Of a stretch of DNA of 33,535 nucleotides, positions 1 to 8,022 are shown piece by piece. Numbering within the stretch: position 1 is the first letter of the stretch; each line of letters opens with the position of its first letter. Origin of the DNA: Candidatus Velthaea sp. (GTDB taxonomy: Bacteria > Vulcanimicrobiota > Vulcanimicrobiia > Vulcanimicrobiales > Vulcanimicrobiaceae); NCBI GenBank assembly GCA_050012475.1, contig JBEKHC010000052.1, forward strand, positions 1 through 33,535, in the 5' to 3' direction. The notes beneath the pieces were generated by a model. The model was not told the origin of the DNA. It did not search any database and saw only the letters and a list, made by a program, of their open reading frames with translations. The position numbers and the translations under genes are program-made.

Positions 1-1
1 C

Positions 2-184
2 CTCATCGAAATCCCGCTCACCCATCAGCGCCTGGCCGACATGATCGGCAGCAACCGGGTCACGGTTACCCGCAAGCTGCACGAGCTGCAAGATCGCTGC
101 GTGATCGAAAGCCGGCGCAACTCTACGATCGCCGTCAGGCAGATCGATCTGCTGACGACCCTGGCCGCCTCCGAAGAGACCTGA
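2..184 (+). CDS. Crp/Fnr-family transcriptional regulator, C-terminal HTH (5' truncated by window edge)
   Basis: Frame 2 translates LIEIPLTHQRLADMIGSNRVTVTRKLHELQDRCVIESRRNSTIAVRQIDLL...EET*, matching the Crp-type HTH pattern LT.Q.LAD.IG..R.TVTR.L..L; stop TGA 182-184. Not in the ORF track. Confidence 0.88.
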   Translation, partial: LIEIPLTHQRLADMIGSNRVTVTRKLHELQDRCVIESRRNSTIAVRQIDLLTTLAASEET

Positions 185-186
185 CA

Positions 187-309
187 GGATTCGCGGCGCT
201 GAACGCGCCGCGAATCCATGGCGTTTGCGGCTACGCCGCAATCCGCGCGGCGCTGAACGCGCCGCGAATCCATGGCGTTTGCGGCTGCGCCGCAATCCGC
301 GTGGCGCTT
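187..309. repeat. Tandem 54-bp palindromic (REP/BIME-like) repeat, 2 copies plus a partial third
   Basis: Units start at 192 and 246 (1 mismatch); perfect 13-bp hairpin GGATTCGCGGCGC-TGAAC-GCGCCGCGAATCC (187-217) and TTGCGGC-TAC/TGC-GCCGCAA hairpins. Confidence 0.85.
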
Positions 310-374
310 GGCCGGGGCGGGGGCGAAACATGGGCGGAGCTCGAGCGGTATCTTCCGTCGGAGGCCCTCGCCAA

Positions 375-554
375 ATGCACCTGTTCGTTCGCGTTACCCT
401 GGGCATCGCGGCGCTGCTCGTGGCGCTCGTCGTTCTGATGTTCGTGCTCAAGCTGCTCGTGGTCGCCGCGGTGATCGCGGCGGTCGTCGTCGCGCTCGCC
501 TTTATCGTGCGGATGTTCCGCACCGGTTGGGAGCAGCCGGCCCGGTTCGGGTGA
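375..554 (+). CDS. Small (59 aa) hydrophobic membrane protein
   Basis: GGAGG at 360-364, ATG 375; MHLFVRVTLGIAALLVALVVLMFVLKLLVVAAVIAAVVVALAFIVRMF suggests about two TM helices. Confidence 0.75.
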   Translation: MHLFVRVTLGIAALLVALVVLMFVLKLLVVAAVIAAVVVALAFIVRMFRTGWEQPARFG

Positions 555-621
555 CCGCGCTCACCGCTGGACCGTAGCCCGCGCGTCTACCATCGGCCCA
601 TACCGTCGAAAGGGTGGGCCG

Positions 622-1383
622 ATGCAGACTGCTCCGCACGATCTCCGTTCCGCAACCATCCCGCTTCCCGACCGGCAGCGCGTGCCGCTCTTCGGCGCAC
701 CGTCGACGTCGGACGTCGGCGCGCACGTCCGCAAGTATTTCGAGACCTCCGGCTTTTCGCGCTGGACGGCGATCTACGGGTCGGGCGATATCCCGCCGAT
801 CTGGAAGGTCATCCGCGACGGCCACCAGCGCGCGATCGACGCCGTTGTTTCGTTTGTCGGGGACGATCTGCATCATACGGCGCTCGACGCCGGCTGCGGT
901 ACCGGCAATCTGGCCATCGAACTGGCAAACCGCAACTACGAAGTCGACGCCTTCGACGTGTCCGCGCCGATGATTCACTTTGCCAAATACATCAACACCG
1001 GCCGCACGCGCGGCGTCCCGCCGAACTTCATGGTCGGCGACATCGGCTCGCTCGCCGGTGAAAAGAAAACGTACGACCTGGTGTGCTGCCTCGACGTCCT
1101 CTTCCACTACCCCTATGAAGAGGTCGAGTCGATGCTCACCCAACTCGCGCATCTGAGCGCGCACAAGTTCGTCGGTTCGTTCGCACTGCGCACGCCGTTC
1201 AACGATTTCTGGATGAAAGTCGGCCAACGGTTCCATGCCAAGAACCGCATGACCAAGCTGTACATGTTCAGCTACGACCAGGTCGAGCAGATCATGTACC
1301 GCGCGGGCTACAAGATCGCGCGCACGAAACGGATCAAGTTCTTCTTCTACGATTCGTTCGTGTTCGAGGCGATCCGGCGTTAG
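622..1383 (+). CDS. bchM: Magnesium-protoporphyrin IX O-methyltransferase
   Basis: VRKYFETSGFSRWTAIYG, IRDGHQR, SAM motif LDAGCGTG, YDLVCCLDVLFHYP and C-terminal FFYDS are typical of BchM/ChlM; adjacent to acsF. Confidence 0.93.
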   Translation: MQTAPHDLRSATIPLPDRQRVPLFGAPSTSDVGAHVRKYFETSGFSRWTAIYGSGDIPPIWKVIRDGHQRAIDAVVSFVGDDLHHTALDAGCGTGNLAIELANRNYEVDAFDVSAPMIHFAKYINTGRTRGVPPNFMVGDIGSLAGEKKTYDLVCCLDVLFHYPYEEVESMLTQLAHLSAHKFVGSFALRTPFNDFWMKVGQRFHAKNRMTKLYMFSYDQVEQIMYRAGYKIARTKRIKFFFYDSFVFEAIRR

Positions 1384-1395
1384 CGTCTCTCCGCC

Positions 1396-2520
1396 ATGAC
1401 GATCGCACGGCCCGCCGGACCGCCCGCCGCACCGCAGCTGCTCAAGCCGCGGTTGTACCGCACCGACTATCGCATCCTCAACTCGCTGGACGTTTCCGAT
1501 TGCCGGGCGGAATTTCAAACCTTGCGCGCCGACTTCGAGCGTGATTGGAACCGCACGCTCTTCAAGTGGACCGAAGACGTCAACGATCTCGACTACCGGC
1601 CGTTGTGGAATGAGTTCTACGAGTTTCTCAACCGCTCGTCGATCGGCGAGTTCTCGGGTTGTCTGCTCTACAGCGAAGTTCAAAAGAAGCTCAGCGATCC
1701 CGACGTCGCCGCAATTTACAAGTGCATGGCGCGCGACGAAGGGCGACACAGCTCATTCCTGAGCTGGGTGATGCGCCACATGGGCCGCCGGTTCGACCTG
1801 GCGCTGCTGCCCAAGATGGAAAAGCTGCAGTACATGCATCCCAAGCTGATCTTCATCACGACCTACCTGTCGGAGATCGTCGGCTTCTACCGCTATCAAA
1901 ACATCAGCGACCACCTCAAGGCGAATCCCGAATATTCGTTCCACCCGATCTTCCGCTACTTCGACGACTGGTGCAACGACGAGCGTCGTCACAGCCGGTT
2001 TTTCGCGCTCATGCTGCGCAGCCAGCCGGACTACCTCACCGGGACGCTCAACCATCTCACGATCAAATTCTTCACCCTCGCGGTGTACATTACGATGTAT
2101 CTGCGCGATTGTGAGTCGGGCGTGTACGCCAAGCTCGGGATGGATTGGGAGAACTACGACGTCAAGGTCATCAACGAGACCGAAGCGGCGGCCCGCAACG
2201 TTTGGGGCGTGGCGATCCGAACCGACTCCGAATACTTTTTGTCGTGCCTGCGCAAGATGATGCGCAACAACTTCAAGAACAAGGCGGGCCGGGCCAAGAC
2301 CGGTCGTGCGGCCGTCTTCGCCCGCATCATGCGCTTCGCGCGCTACGGTAACAACCTCGTGCAGTACGCCAAGCTGATGGTGCAGAGGCACGATATGGTG
2401 CCCACCCTGCCGCGGTCGGAGTGGATCAACATCGCCCCCGATCCGGGCGACGTCTCGGGGATCAAACTCCCCGGAGCGCGGCCGACCACGCTTCGTCCGC
2501 AGCCGGCCGCCGCAAGTTAA
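1396..2520 (+). CDS. acsF: O2-dependent Mg-protoporphyrin IX monomethyl ester cyclase (di-iron)
   Basis: LLKPRLYRTDY, GEFSGCLLYSE, MARDEGRH, PKLIFITTYLSE, FHPIFRYFDDWCNDERRH, IKFFTLAVYITMYLRD: AcsF/CHL27 signature with two DExRH iron motifs. Confidence 0.93.
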   Translation: MTIARPAGPPAAPQLLKPRLYRTDYRILNSLDVSDCRAEFQTLRADFERDWNRTLFKWTEDVNDLDYRPLWNEFYEFLNRSSIGEFSGCLLYSEVQKKLSDPDVAAIYKCMARDEGRHSSFLSWVMRHMGRRFDLALLPKMEKLQYMHPKLIFITTYLSEIVGFYRYQNISDHLKANPEYSFHPIFRYFDDWCNDERRHSRFFALMLRSQPDYLTGTLNHLTIKFFTLAVYITMYLRDCESGVYAKLGMDWENYDVKVINETEAAARNVWGVAIRTDSEYFLSCLRKMMRNNFKNKAGRAKTGRAAVFARIMRFARYGNNLVQYAKLMVQRHDMVPTLPRSEWINIAPDPGDVSGIKLPGARPTTLRPQPAAAS

Positions 2521-3179
2521 CCGCGGTTTCCTAGCGCACGCTTGGGAAGAGCCGGCGGCTCTTTCCCATTGCTGCTCGAACCCTGCGTCTGCTGATCGAC
2601 GGCCGAGCGTTGCTGCTCGAATCGTTCGCGGCGCGCACTCGAGGCAATCTTATCCAAGCCGCTTTGGGCGAAAACCGCATCGGCTTTTTTTGGCATGGAC
2701 GGCGCATTGCTGTCGCTCTGCTGATCGAGTGCGCCGACGTTTTGCGGCATCGGCTTGTAGATCGTGTTCCGATACTCGGCTTTCGGTTCCGCGTCGTTCT
2801 TTTGCGCTGACGGCCCGGTCGGCTTGATCTTGCCATCCTTGACGAACTGCGCGAGGAGTTCCGCCTGCTGTTTCGGCGACCGAACGAGGCCTTGTTTGGT
2901 TGGAATCACCGCGTTGGCATTCTCTTGCAGGCCATTCTGGTTCGGCGAGCCGATCTCCGACCCGGGCGGCATTGCCTTCAAACCGTTGGGCACGAGCGCG
3001 TTGTAGCGCTGATTCTTTTGTTCTTCGGTGTGGACCAGCCCGGATTTGACGGGGATTGGAGCGTTGGCGTCCTTGGTCAGACCGTTGTCGTTGGGCGAAC
3101 CGATCTGCAGTTCGGGCGTCGATGCGGCGGGTGATGACTGCTTCGAGAGCAATGCTTTTGCGCGAGCGAAAAATGCCAT
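2517..3179 (-). CDS. Hypothetical low-complexity protein with internal repeats (220 aa)
   Basis: Strong RBS (GGAGGAG) upstream on the minus strand; 50-aa-period IGSPNxNGL repeat; stop overlaps the acsF stop (TTAA 2517-2520). Confidence 0.75.
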   Translation of the reverse strand: MAFFARAKALLSKQSSPAASTPELQIGSPNDNGLTKDANAPIPVKSGLVHTEEQKNQRYNALVPNGLKAMPPGSEIGSPNQNGLQENANAVIPTKQGLVRSPKQQAELLAQFVKDGKIKPTGPSAQKNDAEPKAEYRNTIYKPMPQNVGALDQQSDSNAPSMPKKADAVFAQSGLDKIASSARRERFEQQRSAVDQQTQGSSSNGKEPPALPKRALGNRG

Positions 3180-3281
3180 GATACGTTGAGCTCCTCCGAG
3201 CCGGGCTGTGCGATGTTACGCTTGAAAAACGTCGCACGGCAGGTCTTGGCTCAGCGGCTCAGCGGTGCGCGGCGCCACACC

Positions 3282-3635
3282 TCAATTTTGGCTCATCTCG
3301 CCGAGGTCGCCGGCGTCGAGTTCGCCGATCGCGTACGACAACGTCAGCTTGTGGCCGTTTTTCTCGAAGACGAGCGCCCCGTCCGTGCTCCAATCGACCG
3401 AATCGTACTGGTCGAGGTTGAGCACCAGTTCCCAGGCGACTTCTCCCTCTTCGGTGAGCGCAATCTGTTCGAGCGACCAGCCGCCGAGGGTCATCGGGTT
3501 GCCGTTGATCGTTCCGCTGGTAAATGCCATGCGTGTCGGTAAACCGGCCAGCGCAATTTCGGCGGTGACTTCGGTCGCGTGCACGACCATTTCCGTCAAG
3601 CGATATTGCAGATCCGGAGATAAGGGGATAGCCAT
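3282..3635 (-). CDS. Hypothetical acidic protein (117 aa)
   Basis: Globular-looking composition and genome-like codon usage; no family recognised. Confidence 0.7.
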   Translation of the reverse strand: MAIPLSPDLQYRLTEMVVHATEVTAEIALAGLPTRMAFTSGTINGNPMTLGGWSLEQIALTEEGEVAWELVLNLDQYDSVDWSTDGALVFEKNGHKLTLSYAIGELDAGDLGEMSQN

Positions 3636-3752
3636 GCCGCCAAATGCGCCGCGGCGCGAAGTATCGCCTCGCAGCGGAGCTCGGCTGCGCCGGAGCCCGT
3701 GGTGCTCGACCTACGGGTCGCGTGGGGTTCGGCGCTTCGGGTCGAGCTGCGG
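3636..3752. repeat. REP-like palindromic intergenic element
   Basis: Reverse complement contains CGAAGCGCCGAACCCCACG and CCACGGGCTCCGGCGCAGCCGAGC, similar to 33496-33535 (CGAAGCGCCCAACGCCACGGCTTCGGCGCAGCCGAAC). Confidence 0.6.
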
Positions 3753-4847
3753 TTAGCGCGATCCGATGAGTTCGGGCAAGGGCGGTTTGGCGCGCTGATA
3801 TTGTTTGGGCCAGGGCACGTCGACGCCGAGCCGGTGCGCGGCGTGCAGCGTCCAATACGGATCGCGCAGCATTTCGCGTGCAAGGAACACCAAGTCTGCG
3901 GAACCTTCGCCGATAATGCGTTCGGCTTGGTGGGCCTCGGTAATCATCCCGACGGCACCGGTAGCGATCCCGGCTTCGCGCCGAATTCGCGCCGCCATCG
4001 GTACCTGATAGCCTGGTCCGAGCGGAATCTTGGCGTCGCCTACCGTTCCGCCGGACGACACGTCGACGAGGTCGACGCCGTGCGCTTTGAGCGCGCGCGC
4101 AAATTCGACCGACTCGTCGACGTTCCAGCCGCCGTCCACCCAATCGGTCGCCGAGATGCGCACGAACAGCGGCTTCTCCTCCGGCCAGACGTTGCGCACC
4201 GCAGCGACGACTTCAAGTGGGAACCGGACTCGATTTTCGAGCGAGCCGCCGTACCGATCGGTCCGGCGATTCGAGATCGGCGAAAGGAATTGGTGGATGA
4301 GATAGCCGTGCGCCGCATGCACTTCGACGACCGAAAAGCCCGCTGCCTCGGCGCGCCGCGCGCCCTCGGCGAACGCCGCTATGATGTTCGCGATCCCGGC
4401 TTCATCGAGGGCTTCGGGAACGATGCTGTCGGCGGAGAACGCAACCGCGCTGGGCGCGTGGATCGGTCGCCAGCCGCCATCGGCAACGGCGACGGCAGCG
4501 CCGCCTTGCCACGGCGCCGCCGTACTCGCCTTGCGGCCGGCATGCGCAAGTTGCGTGCCCATCGCAGCGCCTTGCATCTTGACAAAACGGACGATGCGCG
4601 CGAGTTCGTCGATGTGAGCGTCGCGATAGATGCCCAGATCGCTGGGCGAGATCCGCCCGTCCGCCGTCACTGCGTTCGCTTCGGTAAAAACCAAGCCGGC
4701 GCCGCCAACGGCGCGGCTGCCGAGGTGCACGACGTGCCAATCGTTTGCGAAGCCGTCGTCGCACGAATACTCGCACATCGGCGAAACGACGACGCGGTTC
4801 CGCAAGGGGAGGTCACGCACGGAAAACGGGGTGAAGAGCTCGGCCAT
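3753..4847 (-). CDS. namA: NADH:flavin oxidoreductase, Old Yellow Enzyme YqjM/NamA type
   Basis: LRNRVVVSPMCEYS, EVHAAHGYLIHQFLSP, NRRTDRYGGSLENR, GPGYQV, C-terminal WPKQYQRA arginine finger. Confidence 0.92.
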   Translation of the reverse strand: MAELFTPFSVRDLPLRNRVVVSPMCEYSCDDGFANDWHVVHLGSRAVGGAGLVFTEANAVTADGRISPSDLGIYRDAHIDELARIVRFVKMQGAAMGTQLAHAGRKASTAAPWQGGAAVAVADGGWRPIHAPSAVAFSADSIVPEALDEAGIANIIAAFAEGARRAEAAGFSVVEVHAAHGYLIHQFLSPISNRRTDRYGGSLENRVRFPLEVVAAVRNVWPEEKPLFVRISATDWVDGGWNVDESVEFARALKAHGVDLVDVSSGGTVGDAKIPLGPGYQVPMAARIRREAGIATGAVGMITEAHQAERIIGEGSADLVFLAREMLRDPYWTLHAAHRLGVDVPWPKQYQRAKPPLPELIGSR

Positions 4848-4911
4848 ATTGGAGTGGACCGCCGGCGTGACGGGGAAGTTGCGTCGGTCGTCGGATCAGC
4901 CGGATGAATTC

Positions 4912-6156
4912 CTATTCGAAGCCCATCTGCTCCCGACCGCGCGCGGTTAAGTCGTCGAGCGTTGCGCGGTCCGCGAAGTCGACTTCGTAATCCTCGGCGG
5001 CGAAATCGGGCGAACTCTTGCCGCTCAGAAACGCCGGCTTTTGCAATTCGAGGAACGCGCGATTTTTCGCGCAGGCGGGCGCAGCGCTGATGTACATCAC
5101 GTTGCTTTCGCCGCGCCCGGTATTGACGTCTTCGACGGCGTGCAGCAGGTCGGGATGCCACCAGATCGTGTCGCCCGGATACATGCGCGGAATCGGGACG
5201 ATGCCGGCACGCAGCGCCGTGTGCCACGGATCGAGCAGTCCCAGCGCCCGCCCGGCTTGCGCACCGCACAGCGCGTCGGGGGCAACGTCGTCGAGCAGCG
5301 CGCGCAACAGCACGTACACGATGCTGCGCGAGATGGGCAGCAGCAGCAGGGTGCCGTCGCCCGGCCCTTGTTCGGTCAGCGCGGTCCAACCCTGGAACGT
5401 CCGGAACATCCGGCACACTGCCGGCGACGGTATCTCTTTGACTTCCGTGCGGTACGCGCCGTCGAAGGGATCGTAGCGCTGCCACTCACCGGAAAAAACA
5501 TGGCGATAGACGGATTGAAACGCCGGATCGATCCAGCGTTCGACCGACCCGCCGTCCATATGCGGCGAGAGTCCCAGGGTTGCGTCGCCCGGCTCCCGCC
5601 GGCGAATCCGGTCGGAATAACTGCACTGGCGGTCCGGCGTGAAGTGGACTGCCGGACCGGTTTGCCATTGCCACAAGTTGCTCAGCCAGGCGCGCGTCGC
5701 CGCGAGCTCTTCGGACTGCCGCGCGAACACCTGCGGTTTGGACCAATAAATGCCGTAAATCTGCGGCCGGCTGCTGTTCAGCGTGCTGAAATAGCGATCG
5801 AGCCCGGCCTTCGCGGCCGACTTTGCGATGTACGCATTGCGCTCGAGATACTCACCGAGTTCGGCATTCCAAGCGGCCACGCGCGCGGCCGGAAATACCC
5901 CGCGCACGACTGCGCAGCCACGCCGGCGAATCTCGTCGGGCAGCGCGGCGGGAACGCGCGCCGCCACGATGTCGGCATACGCAACCTCGGGCACGACCGG
6001 CTCGCCCGCGGCCGAGCGTTCAGCGATTTGCGCGACCTCGCCGCCGATTTCGGCTGCGACCTCGGCAAAAATCGCGTCCAGATTCGGCAGCCCCCGGCGC
6101 AGCGCCGCCTTGGACTCACGGATCCTGGTTTGAAGCTCGACCGTCTCGACTGCCAT
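4912..6156 (-). CDS. DUF1479 / YbiU-family putative non-heme iron oxygenase
   Basis: PQIYGIYWSKPQ, LSPHMDGGSVERW, FRTFQGWTAL, WHPDLLHAVE, SPDFAAEDYE; start taken at MAVETVEL (6156). Confidence 0.88.
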   Translation of the reverse strand: MAVETVELQTRIRESKAALRRGLPNLDAIFAEVAAEIGGEVAQIAERSAAGEPVVPEVAYADIVAARVPAALPDEIRRRGCAVVRGVFPAARVAAWNAELGEYLERNAYIAKSAAKAGLDRYFSTLNSSRPQIYGIYWSKPQVFARQSEELAATRAWLSNLWQWQTGPAVHFTPDRQCSYSDRIRRREPGDATLGLSPHMDGGSVERWIDPAFQSVYRHVFSGEWQRYDPFDGAYRTEVKEIPSPAVCRMFRTFQGWTALTEQGPGDGTLLLLPISRSIVYVLLRALLDDVAPDALCGAQAGRALGLLDPWHTALRAGIVPIPRMYPGDTIWWHPDLLHAVEDVNTGRGESNVMYISAAPACAKNRAFLELQKPAFLSGKSSPDFAAEDYEVDFADRATLDDLTARGREQMGFE

Positions 6157-6297
6157 CGCGCCCTCTTTCACGCCAGCCCGAATCGCCGGTTCGCGCGAAT
6201 TCCACTTCCAGTCCGCAGAGGCATGCTGCGCGATGGTGATCCGGTGGACACAACGGCATTCGAGTAATATGTGGTTCGGCAAGCGAAGCTTCGCTCG

Positions 6298-6633
6298 ATG
6301 GGAATCGCCGTTGTCGCGCTTATTTGCCTGCTCGGGATCGCGGTGTGCGCAAAGAGCCTTTCCGTGCTAGGACGGGAAGCGCCGTGGACCTCGGCGGGAT
6401 GGGCGCTGACGGTGCTCTATTTCATCGTCGTCCTGGTCAAAGCGATGCGCGTGCCCGAACCTGCCGTGCTGGAATATGCAGCGTTGGCCGCCTTGGCGAT
6501 CGCCTTCATCGTCGCGGGAATCCGGGATGAACGTCAAGCCGAGCCCTGGTGGTGGCCCACGCGTCGCGGCATGACGCGAGCAGAACGGACCGCACCGGCC
6601 GTACCGTCACAGAAGCGCTCGCCCTACGAATAG
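6298..6633 (+). CDS. Small membrane protein (about 3 TM)
   Basis: Three hydrophobic segments followed by RDERQAEPWWWP. Confidence 0.7.
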   Translation: MGIAVVALICLLGIAVCAKSLSVLGREAPWTSAGWALTVLYFIVVLVKAMRVPEPAVLEYAALAALAIAFIVAGIRDERQAEPWWWPTRRGMTRAERTAPAVPSQKRSPYE

Positions 6634-6655
6634 TCGCCGGCGTCTGCAGGCATCA

Positions 6656-6705
6656 GGGCGCGCCCAGGCGAGCGTCTTGAGTACCTCGAGCTCCGCCGCA
6701 ACGTG
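6656..6705 (-). repeat. Displaced duplicate of the bcp 3' end (att-like direct repeat, copy A)
   Basis: 44/50 identical to 8241-8290; minus-strand translation HVAAELEVLKTLAW versus bcp HVAAALEVLKTLA*. Confidence 0.9.
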
Positions 6706-6759
6706 ACGGTTTGCCACGCCTCACTTCCCGAATCGTGGGGCCTTGCGCCCCACAACTCA

Positions 6760-6789
6760 AGTCTACCGCTCCGTAGTCTACCGCTCCGT
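6760..6789. repeat. Perfect 15-bp tandem duplication AGTCTACCGCTCCGT x2
   Basis: 6760-6774 equals 6775-6789; preceded by the REP-like hairpin GTGGGGC-CTTGC-GCCCCAC (6735-6753). Confidence 0.9.
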
Positions 6790-6936
6790 GTTGCCCTCGT
6801 CGTATTGCTGCCCGTGCTCCGATTCCTCAACTTCGGCTTCTAGCTCGATAACATTTCTAAGTCGTGCCAGCCGACTCCAAAGCCGATCGTCGTCTGCAGC
6901 GTTTGCGAGCGCGGCCACTTGGGCGAGAATATTTGG

Positions 6937-7446
6937 TTATGCCGGCACTTCGAACAGCGAAGAGACCGCGATGGACACGCCAAGAATATCAAATGTTTCG
7001 CCGCCATGAAACGCGGTATGCATTGCGTCTTGATGCGCGCAGAAAAATTCAACTCGGTGTTGACCGATATTGACGATCCAGGAATTGATCCCCGCGGCCG
7101 TGTACAGCTTGACTTTTCTCCTGTCCCAATCGTAGGTTGTGTCTGACACTTCGATGATTGCAGCCGTATCGACAGCAGATGGATTCTTCTCGTTCTTGCT
7201 AACCGCAATGTCAGGTTCCGGCGCGTTGTCGCCGTCCCAATCCGGGATGGCTACGGCATCCTGTACTTGCACCTGCCACTGAGGAAGGGCAATTTGCAGC
7301 TGCTTCGACAGGCGATTTACCGCTAGGCGATGCGGATCGTTGCGAGCGGCCACGTCGTAGATGATCCCTTCAATGAGTTCCGTGCGGCCTTCTATATGAA
7401 GCTTCATGTACTCGCGAGTCGTGAAGCGGTGAACAACAGCGATCAT
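6937..7446 (-). CDS. Uma2-family (DUF820) PD-(D/E)XK putative endonuclease
   Basis: HRFTTREY, TELIEGII, PEPDIAV, IIEVSDTT, RKVKLYTAAGINSWIVN are Uma2 hallmarks. Confidence 0.9.
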   Translation of the reverse strand: MIAVVHRFTTREYMKLHIEGRTELIEGIIYDVAARNDPHRLAVNRLSKQLQIALPQWQVQVQDAVAIPDWDGDNAPEPDIAVSKNEKNPSAVDTAAIIEVSDTTYDWDRRKVKLYTAAGINSWIVNIGQHRVEFFCAHQDAMHTAFHGGETFDILGVSIAVSSLFEVPA

Positions 7447-7850
7447 TGGGCCACCAGCTTGCGAAGCGCTTTGATGACCGTATCGTGTTTGCTTTTCTTC
7501 TTGCTCTCAATAAGGGTTCGAGCAACGAAGAGTGCTGCCTCATCGCCCGCGTTCACGCGTTCACCGAACGTAAGCAGGTGGTAGCCATCGAACCGCCACG
7601 GACTGATGTCAAGGGCTTCTGCAATCTGCTCTATTTGCCGAGCGGTCGCGCTCTCACGCGACATGATCTGAGAGAGATGGCTTTTCGAGATACCCATACG
7701 CTCAGCGAGCTCAACGAGCATCAAGCCTTTCTCCTCGGCGAACTGGCGGGTTTGGACGCTCGTTTTTCGTATGGTCTGCCCCAAGATTTGCGTCGTCGTA
7801 TATTCGTCGTCGCGAGGCCTATGGACACGAACGGCGCTGCTATTCGCCAT
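7443..7850 (-). CDS. XRE/Cro-C1 HTH transcriptional regulator
   Basis: EKGLMLVELAERMGISKSHLSQIMSRESATARQIEQIAEALDI; AAGGAG RBS before ATG 7850; ATGA overlap with the Uma2 gene. Confidence 0.85.
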   Translation of the reverse strand: MANSSAVRVHRPRDDEYTTTQILGQTIRKTSVQTRQFAEEKGLMLVELAERMGISKSHLSQIMSRESATARQIEQIAEALDISPWRFDGYHLLTFGERVNAGDEAALFVARTLIESKKKSKHDTVIKALRKLVAQ

Positions 7851-7940
7851 TGTAAGAAGCTCCTTCGCCCAGTGTTGATGTACGGGGTTTAGGATGTTTA
7901 TCAACTGACTATACAGCTTCCCGTCTCTCCGGGAAAACTA

Positions 7941-8022
7941 GTGGATTCACCTCGGCTTCGCTCGACGAATCCATCGCGTTCGGCTGCGCCGAGCCGCAGG
8001 GTGTACCGAGCGAAGCCGAGGG
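7941..8022. repeat. REP-like palindromic element
   Basis: TGGATTC...CGAATCCATCGCGTTCGGCTGCGCCGAGCC parallels CGAATCCATGGCGTTTGCGGCTGCGCCG in the 187-309 repeat; CCTCGGCTTCGCTCG / CGAGCGAAGCCGAGG inverted pair. Confidence 0.7.

Noticed and set aside
187..309. CRISPR array
   Set aside because: The units are contiguous 54-bp tandem copies with no unique spacers, and there are no cas genes.
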